Part shown: one piece after another, positions 13,004 through 20,921 of the stretch
Numbering within the stretch: the first letter of the stretch is position 1
Layout of the letters: each line of letters opens with the position of its first letter
Assembly: GCA_035651755.1 (NCBI GenBank)
Contig: DASRFA010000018.1
Coordinates: forward strand, 32,138-96,137
DNA from: Candidatus Binatia bacterium
Lineage (GTDB): Bacteria; Desulfobacterota; Binatia; UBA12015
Direction: 5' to 3'
Length of the DNA stretch: 64,000 nucleotides
Position numbers and translations under genes: made by a program
Notes under the pieces: generated by a model
The model's database searches: none
The model's input: only the letters and a program-made list of their open reading frames with translations
What the model was told of the DNA's origin: nothing

Positions 13004-13528
13004 ATGCACTCAAACGGGCGCAGCGCGCAGAAGCTCGCGGAGCTGAAGGAGGCGTGCCGGCGGCACGGCGTGCCGCTCACCGTGCAGCGCTCGGTCATCC
13101 TCGAAGCGCTCGCCGCGCGCGACGACCACCCTACGGCGGACCAGATCCTGGACGACGTGCGCGGCCGGCTTCCCGGCCTGTCGCGGACGACGGTCTACCG
13201 CGTGCTCGACGCGCTCACGCGGATCGGCCTCGCGGTGAAGACCTGCAGCCCGGGAACCGCCGTGCGCTTCGACCCCCGCACCGAGCGCCATCACCACCTC
13301 GTCTGCCTCGAGTGCGAGCGCGTGCTCGACCTGCACGACCCCGCGTTCGACGTGCTCCCCATGCCGAGCGCGCGCAGGCACGGCTTCGAGCTCACCGACT
13401 ACTCGGTGCACTTTCGCGGGCTCTGCCCGGACTGCCGGCGGGCGCGGAGCGCGGCGGCGCCCGCGCGGCCACGCGGTCGAGACGGCGCGCGTGCGCGCAA
13501 GGGAAGGAGGTCCGATGTCACGCGGTAG
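13004..13528 (+). CDS. Fur-family transcriptional regulator (PerR-like by context)
   Basis: MHSNGRSAQKLAELKEACRRHGVPLTVQRSVILEAL... with HHHLVCLECERV and CPDC metal-site motifs. Its end overlaps the start of the peroxidase gene by 14 nt. Confidence 0.85.
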   Translation: MHSNGRSAQKLAELKEACRRHGVPLTVQRSVILEALAARDDHPTADQILDDVRGRLPGLSRTTVYRVLDALTRIGLAVKTCSPGTAVRFDPRTERHHHLVCLECERVLDLHDPAFDVLPMPSARRHGFELTDYSVHFRGLCPDCRRARSAAAPARPRGRDGARARKGRRSDVTR

Positions 13529-14795
13529 GCGCGGTCGCCGTTGGCATGCGCTCGGCGTCCCGGGCGCGGTGGCCCTTCTGCTAGGCGCGCCCGCGAGCGG
13601 CGACGTGCCGCCGGGCTACCCGCTCGGGCTCTCGCGCGTGCTGTACGAGATCTCGGTCCCGCCCGAGGGCGCCGGCAGCCCCGAGGTCGTGGCGCTCGGC
13701 GAGAAGCTCTTCAACGACAAGCGGCTGTCGGTGGACGACAGCGTCTCGTGCGCGACCTGCCACGAGCCCACGCGCGGGTTCGTCGACCACAAGCCGACGT
13801 CGGTCGGCGTCCGCGACCAGACCGGCAAGCGCAACAGCCCGACCATCCTGAACGCGATGTTCAACGCCGACCAGTTCTGGGACGGGCGCGCGAAGACGCT
13901 CGAGGACCAGGCGAAGCTCCCGATCCTGAACCCGATCGAGATGGGACAGGCGTCGCCGGCCGACGTCGAGAAGAAGCTGCGCGGCATCCCCGAGTACAGC
14001 GCCGCGTTCCAGAGGATCTACGGCCGCGACGTGACGTACGACGACCTCGCGGCGGCGATCGCGGCCTTCGAGCGCCAGCACGCGTCGGCCGACTCGCCCT
14101 TCGACCGCTTCGTCGCGGGCGACGCGAACGCGATCGACGCGCCCGCGAAGCGCGGCTGGGCGCTCTTCAACGGCAAGGGGCGCTGCACGAGCTGCCACGC
14201 CTTCAGCACCACGCGCGGCCTCTTCTCCGACCAGAAGTTCCACAACATCGGCATCGCCGCGCACGAGACGGACTTCATCGACCTCGCCCGGAAGTCGGCT
14301 GCGATCGTGCGGAGCGGCGACGTCGACCAGATCGATCGCCTGGCGATCGAGACCGACATGTCCGAGCTCGGGCGCTTCCTCGTGACGAAGCAGCCGGCCG
14401 ACATCGGCGCCTTCAAGACGCCGACGCTCCGGAACATCGTCGCGACCGCGCCCTACATGCACGACGGGTCGCTCGCCACCCTGTGGGACGTCATGGACCA
14501 CTACAACAAGGGCGGCGTCCCGAACCCGTTCCTCGACGGCGGCATGCAGCGCCTCGGCCTCACCGAGAGCGAGATCGACGACATGGTCGCGTTCATGGCG
14601 ACCCTCACGAGCGACGACGTCGCGGCTTTCGGCAAGCAGGAGCTCGCCCGCCAGCGCGCCCGCAAGAACGTCCGGCCCGAGCGCGATACCGACGTCGCGA
14701 TGGGGAAGAAGGGCAACCTGGGCGACCTCGCCCCGAATCCCGACCAGAAGAATCCCGCGGACCTCGGCGCCCTGCCGCCGGTGCCGCAGCTGTGA
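13515..14795 (+). CDS. di-haem cytochrome c peroxidase (CCP/MauG family)
   Basis: GGAGG RBS before ATG 13515 and a signal peptide. Two CxxCH sites (CATCHEP, CTSCHAF) and the FKTPTLRN motif are present. Confidence 0.9.
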   Translation: MSRGRRGRRWHALGVPGAVALLLGAPASGDVPPGYPLGLSRVLYEISVPPEGAGSPEVVALGEKLFNDKRLSVDDSVSCATCHEPTRGFVDHKPTSVGVRDQTGKRNSPTILNAMFNADQFWDGRAKTLEDQAKLPILNPIEMGQASPADVEKKLRGIPEYSAAFQRIYGRDVTYDDLAAAIAAFERQHASADSPFDRFVAGDANAIDAPAKRGWALFNGKGRCTSCHAFSTTRGLFSDQKFHNIGIAAHETDFIDLARKSAAIVRSGDVDQIDRLAIETDMSELGRFLVTKQPADIGAFKTPTLRNIVATAPYMHDGSLATLWDVMDHYNKGGVPNPFLDGGMQRLGLTESEIDDMVAFMATLTSDDVAAFGKQELARQRARKNVRPERDTDVAMGKKGNLGDLAPNPDQKNPADLGALPPVPQL

Positions 14796-14806
14796 AGGAG
14801 CCGGCC

Positions 14807-15955
14807 ATGGCGAGAGGCCCGAAGAGCGTCGAGACGAGATACGAGGAGGAGCGCCGCGCGCTCTTCGCCGGTCTCGCGAGGCTTTCGCGGCGCGGCTTCT
14901 TCCGGGTCGCGGGCGCGTCGGCGGCGGCGGCGCTGGCAAAGGGCGTCGTGTGGCCGCGGAGCTTCCAGGTCGTCGAGGTCGCGACCGCCGCCGAGGAGGG
15001 GATGCCGGCCGGCGGAGGGAGCGCCGGAACGAAGAAGTTCACGTTCGCCTACGTCTCCGACTCGCACCTCTACGAGCAGAAGCTGAACGACCGCTTCGTG
15101 CGCGCGCTCCTGAAGGCCGTCGACGACGTCAACCACCTCGACCCGCAGCCGGACTTCGTCCTCTACGGCGGAGACCTCGCCCAGCTCGGCCAGGCGAAGG
15201 AGCTCGAGCTCGGCCGCGACATCCTGAAGAACCTGAAGGCGCCCGTGAAGATGATGGTCGGCGAGCACGACTGGTTCCTCGACATGGGCGACAAGTGGCG
15301 CGAGCTCTTCGGCGCCCCGAACTACTCGTTCGATCACAAGGGGGTCCACTTCGTGACGCTGATGAGCGTCCAGGAGAAGGACTTCTGGACGGAGCGCGGC
15401 ATGACGCCGATGCAGCGCATGCTGACGGTCGCGGGGCTCGACAACGCGACCCAGTCGCGCTTCGAGGTCGGCGACGAGGGCAGGAAGTGGCTCGCGGACG
15501 ACCTCGCCAAGGTCGACCGCGCGACGCCGATCGTCGTCTTCTCGCACTCGCCGCTCTACAAGTACTACCGGAACTGGAACTTCTGGACCGACGACGCGGA
15601 GCAGGTGCAGGACATCCTCTCGCCGTTCGCGAACGTGACGGTGGTGCACGGGCACACGCACCAGCTCTTGACGAACCGGATCGGCAACATCGCGTTCCAC
15701 GGCATGCTGTCGACGGCGTGGCCGTGGCCGTACGCGCCGGAAGGCCTCCCGCAGCTCACGATCCAGATGAACCGCGCCGACCCGTTCAGCCAGTTCGACG
15801 GCTGCGGCGACGGCACGCTCGACGTGCTCGAGAGCGGGCTCGTCGACAAGGTCTACAACCTCTGGGACCGGAACCCGGTCACCGTGAGCGGCAGCTACGT
15901 GGCGTCCAACGGAACGCGCGATCGCCCGCTCGCGACGAAGCTTCCATCCTATTGA
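14807..15955 (+). CDS. Tat-exported calcineurin-like metallophosphoesterase
   Basis: GAAGGAG RBS and a Tat motif, SRRGFFRVAGASAAAALA. Metallophosphoesterase motifs are present: YVSDSHL, GGDLAQ, GEHD, VFSHSP and VVHGHTH. Confidence 0.8.
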   Translation: MARGPKSVETRYEEERRALFAGLARLSRRGFFRVAGASAAAALAKGVVWPRSFQVVEVATAAEEGMPAGGGSAGTKKFTFAYVSDSHLYEQKLNDRFVRALLKAVDDVNHLDPQPDFVLYGGDLAQLGQAKELELGRDILKNLKAPVKMMVGEHDWFLDMGDKWRELFGAPNYSFDHKGVHFVTLMSVQEKDFWTERGMTPMQRMLTVAGLDNATQSRFEVGDEGRKWLADDLAKVDRATPIVVFSHSPLYKYYRNWNFWTDDAEQVQDILSPFANVTVVHGHTHQLLTNRIGNIAFHGMLSTAWPWPYAPEGLPQLTIQMNRADPFSQFDGCGDGTLDVLESGLVDKVYNLWDRNPVTVSGSYVASNGTRDRPLATKLPSY

Positions 15956-15974
15956 GCGGCGAGGAGGCGGAACG

Positions 15975-16868
15975 ATGAGACCACGGACCGCAATCGCGAT
16001 CGCCGCGCCGCTGGCCGCCCTCGCCGTCGCCGGCGCGCTGCGCGCGCGCGCCGACGCGCCGCCGCAGCATCACGTGGCGAAGGGGAAGGACGGAAACGTC
16101 GTCGTCGCGCTCTGCGACGGCGAGACCAGCATGGAGGTCGACGGGCTGAAGGAAGGCGAGGCCATGCCGCGCGACAAGGCGCAGGCGGTCTCGGATGCCC
16201 TCATGGCGGAGTGGCGCCGAAAGAACCCGAACGCGCGCTGGGACGACGATCCGCCGGTACGGGTCGCGCAGGCGGCCGGCGGCGGCCCGAGCGGCGTCGG
16301 CCGTCAGGCCGAGCCGGCGGACGCGGCGCGCGCCGCGGGTCCGGACGGCGACCGCGCCGCAGAGCCCGCGCCGCGCGGCGAGCCCGACGCGCGCACCAAC
16401 ACCGTTCCGCCGGCGCCCGCGCCGGCGCCGGGCCTCCAGAGCGGAACCGAGAAGGGCAGCGAGAACGTCCCCGTGCCGGGCGCGCAGCCGCCGGCCGGAC
16501 AGGAGCGCGTCCAGACCGGCATCTACAGCGCCTACACCGATCGTGACGAGAAGGTCTGGCAAGCGGCGACGGACAAGTTCGTGACCGACGGCAACACCAT
16601 CTTCCACGACACGAAGGCGCTCGGCGGCACGATCGGCGTCTCGTGCGACATGTGCCACCCGAACGCGTCGAACACGCACCCGGAGACGTATCCCAAGTTC
16701 CAGGTGCAGCTCGGCCGGGTCGCCATGCTGCGCGACATGATCAACTGGTGCATCGAGAACCCCGTGCGCGGAAAGCCCCTGCGCGACGACGACGTCAAGC
16801 TGAAGGCCCTCGAAGCGTACATCTTGGCGCAGCGAAAGGGCGTCGCTCTCGACTACGGGAAGCATTGA
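15975..16868 (+). CDS. secreted mono-haem c-type cytochrome with a long Pro/Ala-rich linker
   Basis: Signal peptide MRPRTAIAIAAPLAALAVAGALRARA, then an ~110-aa low-complexity P/A/G region. The C-terminal ~120 aa carry a single CxxCH (CDMCH) and a later INWCIENPVRGKPL segment reminiscent of SoxA/TsdA-type domains; that resemblance is from memory only. Confidence 0.65.
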   Translation: MRPRTAIAIAAPLAALAVAGALRARADAPPQHHVAKGKDGNVVVALCDGETSMEVDGLKEGEAMPRDKAQAVSDALMAEWRRKNPNARWDDDPPVRVAQAAGGGPSGVGRQAEPADAARAAGPDGDRAAEPAPRGEPDARTNTVPPAPAPAPGLQSGTEKGSENVPVPGAQPPAGQERVQTGIYSAYTDRDEKVWQAATDKFVTDGNTIFHDTKALGGTIGVSCDMCHPNASNTHPETYPKFQVQLGRVAMLRDMINWCIENPVRGKPLRDDDVKLKALEAYILAQRKGVALDYGKH

Positions 16869-16914
16869 CGCCGGGCGGCTTGTCTCCGGGCGCGAAGTCG
16901 GCACAAAACGGCTC

Positions 16915-17982
16915 ATGCTGTCCGGGGGAACCCTCCTCGCGGCGCTGGCGACGCTCGTGATCGCGTGCGTCGCGCAGGGCGAGGCCGCAGCCTCGTCGGG
17001 CGACACGGCGGCGCTCGGGAGCGCACGGAAGGATGCGAACGGGCGGTTCCTGAACCCGAGCGGGGACATCCCGTTCGCGAGCCCGCTCGTCACCTGGCCT
17101 TTCTTCTTCCGGCGCGCCGCCGCAATGATCGCCGGTCGCACCGGCATTCCCGCGGTCGTCGCGAACGACGGCGCCTTTCTGCGCGGGAACGCCGGCCACA
17201 GCGTGCCGGTCGTCACCTGGGTGGGGCACGCGACGCTCCTCGTGCAGATGGACCACGCGACCTTCCTCACGGATCCGATCTGGTCCGACCGCGCGAGCCC
17301 GGTGAGCTTCGGCGGGCCGCGCCGGATGGTGCCGCCCGGGATCGCGCTCGACGCGCTGCCGCCGATCGACTTCGTCCTCGTCTCGCACAACCACTACGAC
17401 CATCTCGACGTGGACACGCTCGGCGAGCTCGCGCGCCGCAACCCGGCCGCTCGCTTCGTCGTTCCGCTCGAGAACGGCGACACGCTGCGCGCGGCCGGCG
17501 TGCGGGACGTCGTCGAGCTGGGCTGGGGCGACGGCGTGACGATCGCGGGCATCCAGGTCGTGTGCCTCCCGACGCAGCACTGGAGCGGCCGTGGACCGTT
17601 CGACGCGCGAAAGGCGCTCTGGGGCTCGTATGCGGTGCTCGGACCCGAGCGCCGCTTCTACTTCGCCGGCGACACGGGCTACTTCGACGGCTTCTCGCGA
17701 GTCGGCGAGCGCTGGGGCCCGTTCGACCTCGCGGCGCTCCCGATCGGCGCCTACTCCCCCTCCGCCATGATGCGCCCCTGGCACCTGAACCCGGAGGAGG
17801 CGGTGCGCGCCGGGCTCGATCTCCGGGCGCGGCGGATCGTCGCCATCCACTACGGAACGTTCGACCTGAGCGACGAGCCGCCCGACGAGCCGCCGCGCCG
17901 CTTGCGCGCCGCCGCCGCCGACGCGTCGATCTCGTCCGACGATACCTACGTCCTCAAGATCGGCGAGACGCGCGGGTTCTGA
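16915..17982 (+). CDS. MBL-fold metallohydrolase lipoprotein (NAPE-PLD-like)
   Basis: Lipobox-like LVIAC at the N-terminus and an HxHxDH motif (VSHNHYDHL). A second metal-binding region follows (PTQHWSGRG, FAGDTGY, IHYGTF). Confidence 0.8.
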   Translation: MLSGGTLLAALATLVIACVAQGEAAASSGDTAALGSARKDANGRFLNPSGDIPFASPLVTWPFFFRRAAAMIAGRTGIPAVVANDGAFLRGNAGHSVPVVTWVGHATLLVQMDHATFLTDPIWSDRASPVSFGGPRRMVPPGIALDALPPIDFVLVSHNHYDHLDVDTLGELARRNPAARFVVPLENGDTLRAAGVRDVVELGWGDGVTIAGIQVVCLPTQHWSGRGPFDARKALWGSYAVLGPERRFYFAGDTGYFDGFSRVGERWGPFDLAALPIGAYSPSAMMRPWHLNPEEAVRAGLDLRARRIVAIHYGTFDLSDEPPDEPPRRLRAAAADASISSDDTYVLKIGETRGF

Positions 17983-19676
17983 GCCGGCCGGTCCGCCGGC
18001 AGGGTGATCCGCACGGTCGTGCCCTGCCCGGGCGCGCTCTCGATCGCCAGGCCGCCGCCGAGGGCCCGCAGGAGGCGGGCGACGATCGCGAGGCCCAGGC
18101 CCGCGCCCGCTTCTCGGCTCTCGCCGCGCACGAACGGCTCGATCGCCTTCGCGGAGAATCCGGCTTCGATCCCGGGGCCGGTGTCGATCACCGCGATCTC
18201 GACGAGGTCGGCGCGGCGCTGCGCGACCAGCCGCACGCGTCCGCGTCGCGTGAACTTCGCCGCGTTGCCGAGCAGGTTCACGAGCATCTGATGCAGTCGA
18301 CCGGCGTCGGTGTGCGCACACGCGTCGGGCGCGATCTCGGCGTCGAACTCGATGGGCCGGCCGCGCAGGAGCGCCTCCATCATCTCCCGGAGCGGGGCCA
18401 CGAGGTCGGCGACGTGCACGCGCTCGAGGCGGCACACGAGCTTCCCCTGCTCGATCTGCGCGAGGTCGAGGAGGTCGTTGATGAGGGCGAGCTGCCCGCG
18501 CGCGCTTCGCTCCATGCGCGTCAACGTGTCGACCTGCTCCGCGGAGAGCACCCCGAACGCGCCCTCGGAGAGGAGCTGGGTGTAGCCGAGGAAGACGTTG
18601 AGCGGCGTCCGGAGGTCGTGCGTCACGTTCGCGAGGAACTCGCTCTTCGCGCGATCCGCGCGCTTCAGCTCTTCGAGCAGCATGCCCTTTCGGATCGCGA
18701 CGGTCGCGATCGCGCCGAGGAGGCGCGCGTCCTCGGCGTCGCTCGCGCCGAAGCGGAAGGGCTCGTCGAGCTCGCTGGCGGTCAGGATGCCGAGCACGCC
18801 CGCGTCGTCGTGGAGCGGGATGACGAGCGCGGCCGCGGGGCGGAACGGCGCAGGGATCGGCGTCTCGGCCCACGGGGTGCTCCGGAAGTCGTTCAGCACG
18901 AGCACCTCGCGCGTGCGCAGCGCCTCGTCGAAGGCCGGCTCCGCGCCGCGCGGCAGGTGCAGCGCGCCGCCCGCGGCGCGCTCGCCGTACGGTCCCGCGG
19001 TCCCGTACGGGACGAGCGACTCGTCCTCCACGAGGAAGAGCGCGGATCGCGTCGTCAAGAACAGGGCGCGCGTCGCCTCGCAGAGGCGGGCCGCCATGCC
19101 GCCGAGGTCGGCGGCCGCGAGGACGTCGGCGGCCCAGGTCGCGAGGCGTCGCCGGCGCTCCGCGAGGCGGGCGTGCGCCGCTTCGAGGCGCGACGTCCGG
19201 ATGAGGAGCGCGACGTGCGGTGCGAGGTGCTCGAGCGCGCGCACCTGGTCGGGTCGCACCCCGGGCGGTCCGTGCCAGCCGCACGTGATCGATCCCTCGC
19301 CGTCGCCCTGGTAGAGGAGCGGCACGATCGCGACCGAATGGAGCCGCGCGACCTCGAGCAGCTCCTCCATCGCGGGCGTCGCGCTCCCGCGGACCGCATG
19401 CACCGATCGACCCTGCGCGAGATCCTCCACCTCCGGGATCGCGCCCTCGCCGAAGCCGCGTCGGACGAAGGCCTCCGCGACCTCGGGCGGCGTGCCGTGA
19501 TCGGCGGCCGGTAGGTACTGCCCGCGCCGGCGCGAGTGGATGTAGACGGTCGCGCGATCACATCCGATGCTGGTCGCGACGGCGGTCGCGATGCGCGCCA
19601 GTACCTCGGGATAGCCGGTGGCCGCGCGCGCGGCGTCGAGGACGCGACCGAGCGCGCCGAATGGATCGAGCGGCAC
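17946..19676 (-). CDS. GAF-domain sensor histidine kinase
   Basis: Two GAF-like regions are followed by an H-box (SEFLANVTHDLRTPLN) and an HATPase_c domain (N, G1 and G2 boxes). The 3' end overlaps the convergent MBL gene by 37 nt. Confidence 0.85.
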   Translation of the reverse strand: MPLDPFGALGRVLDAARAATGYPEVLARIATAVATSIGCDRATVYIHSRRRGQYLPAADHGTPPEVAEAFVRRGFGEGAIPEVEDLAQGRSVHAVRGSATPAMEELLEVARLHSVAIVPLLYQGDGEGSITCGWHGPPGVRPDQVRALEHLAPHVALLIRTSRLEAAHARLAERRRRLATWAADVLAAADLGGMAARLCEATRALFLTTRSALFLVEDESLVPYGTAGPYGERAAGGALHLPRGAEPAFDEALRTREVLVLNDFRSTPWAETPIPAPFRPAAALVIPLHDDAGVLGILTASELDEPFRFGASDAEDARLLGAIATVAIRKGMLLEELKRADRAKSEFLANVTHDLRTPLNVFLGYTQLLSEGAFGVLSAEQVDTLTRMERSARGQLALINDLLDLAQIEQGKLVCRLERVHVADLVAPLREMMEALLRGRPIEFDAEIAPDACAHTDAGRLHQMLVNLLGNAAKFTRRGRVRLVAQRRADLVEIAVIDTGPGIEAGFSAKAIEPFVRGESREAGAGLGLAIVARLLRALGGGLAIESAPGQGTTVRITLPADRPAQNPRVSPILRT

Positions 19677-19782
19677 GATTCGATTTTCGGCGGTTCGCGG
19701 CGCGGGCGCGAGGCGCGAAGTCTTGGCGCCCCACGTCCGCCTTGCGGATCTCGCTGGCGGTTGCGGGGCACGCGCGGGATCT

Positions 19783-20577
19783 TCAGGCTCGCGATTGCGA
19801 GCGCCCGCGCTGCTGGATGCCCGCCCGCCGTGCGGCGATCGCGTCGCGCGTCACGCCCCGCATGTGGGCCCGCGACGCCTCGTCCTCGAGGCGGAGCCCT
19901 TCGCCGAACGTGGTCGCGAAGCCCTGGTCGATGATGCGCTTGTAGCTGCGGACGACGTCGGGCTCGCACGACATCATGTCGCGCGCGATGGCCCGGCAGG
20001 CGGGGATCAGCTCGTCCGGGGCGACGACGCGATTCACGAGACCCCACTCGTACGCGCGCTGCGCGTCGAGGTAGTTCCCGGTGAGCGACAGCTCCTTCGC
20101 GCGATAGATGCCGATCGCCCGCGGAAGGCGCTGCGACAGCCCCCAGCCCGGCATGATGCCGACCCGCGCGTGCGTGTCGGCGAAGCGCGCTTCGGTCGAG
20201 GCGATGAGGACGTCGCACGCGAGTGCCACCTCGAAGCCGCCGGTGATGGCGAAGCCGTTGATCGCGCCGATGATCGGCTGCGGGACGGCGAGCATCGCGC
20301 CCACCAGGTCGCCGCCCGCGATCGCGACCTCAGCGTCGCGGGCGCTCGCGTCGCCGGCCTCGCCCCCGAGCTCCTTCAGGTCGATCCCGGCCGAGAACGC
20401 GCGCCCGGCGCCGGTCAGGATGAGGACGGCCGTGTCGCGCTCGCCCGCGACCTCCCGGAACGCCGTCACGAGCGCCCGCCGGAGCTCGCCGGAGAGCGCG
20501 TTCATCGCCTGCGGGCGGTTCAAGGTCAGGGTGGCGATGCCCTCCGACCGTTCGACCTTCAGCACGGGCTCGCCCAT
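19783..20577 (-). CDS. enoyl-CoA hydratase/isomerase (crotonase family)
   Basis: Trimmed to ATG 20577 (MGEPVLKVERSEGIATLTLNRPQAMNAL...GAGRAFSAGIDLKE). Confidence 0.9.
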   Translation of the reverse strand: MGEPVLKVERSEGIATLTLNRPQAMNALSGELRRALVTAFREVAGERDTAVLILTGAGRAFSAGIDLKELGGEAGDASARDAEVAIAGGDLVGAMLAVPQPIIGAINGFAITGGFEVALACDVLIASTEARFADTHARVGIMPGWGLSQRLPRAIGIYRAKELSLTGNYLDAQRAYEWGLVNRVVAPDELIPACRAIARDMMSCEPDVVRSYKRIIDQGFATTFGEGLRLEDEASRAHMRGVTRDAIAARRAGIQQRGRSQSRA

Positions 20578-20921
20578 CGCGCGGCTCCCTTCGTGGCTTC
20601 CCGCCGCACGAGTATCGCGGCGGCGCGGGGCCGTCCACTCGCGGACGCGGTTGCCGTCGGGATCGCGACCGGCCAAACTGGCGACGTTTGGCGAGGTCGC
20701 ACTCACGAAGGAGGCGGGGTGTCTGACCCGCGCCCCCCGGACGCGACGGCGCGGCGGGCGCACCGCCGTCGCGGCCGCCCGCGACGAGTCGGCCTTTCTT
20801 CGTCGGAAAGCACGAAAAACATCATTTTGACGTACCTCGCGCGACGAGGTGCGGTTCTCCGCTGAGCGCCTTCGTCTCGAGCTCGTCGGAGAGGACCGAC
20901 TCTCACATGGAGTGATGGCCG

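Noticed and set aside
20666-20690. Sigma-54-like TGGCGACGTTTGGC, and a CCAAAC/GTTTGG hairpin, in the gap between the enoyl-CoA hydratase and the hybrid kinase
   Set aside because: The GG-to-GC spacing is one base short of the canonical -24/-12 geometry. The match is explained by a small hairpin and is too weak to call.
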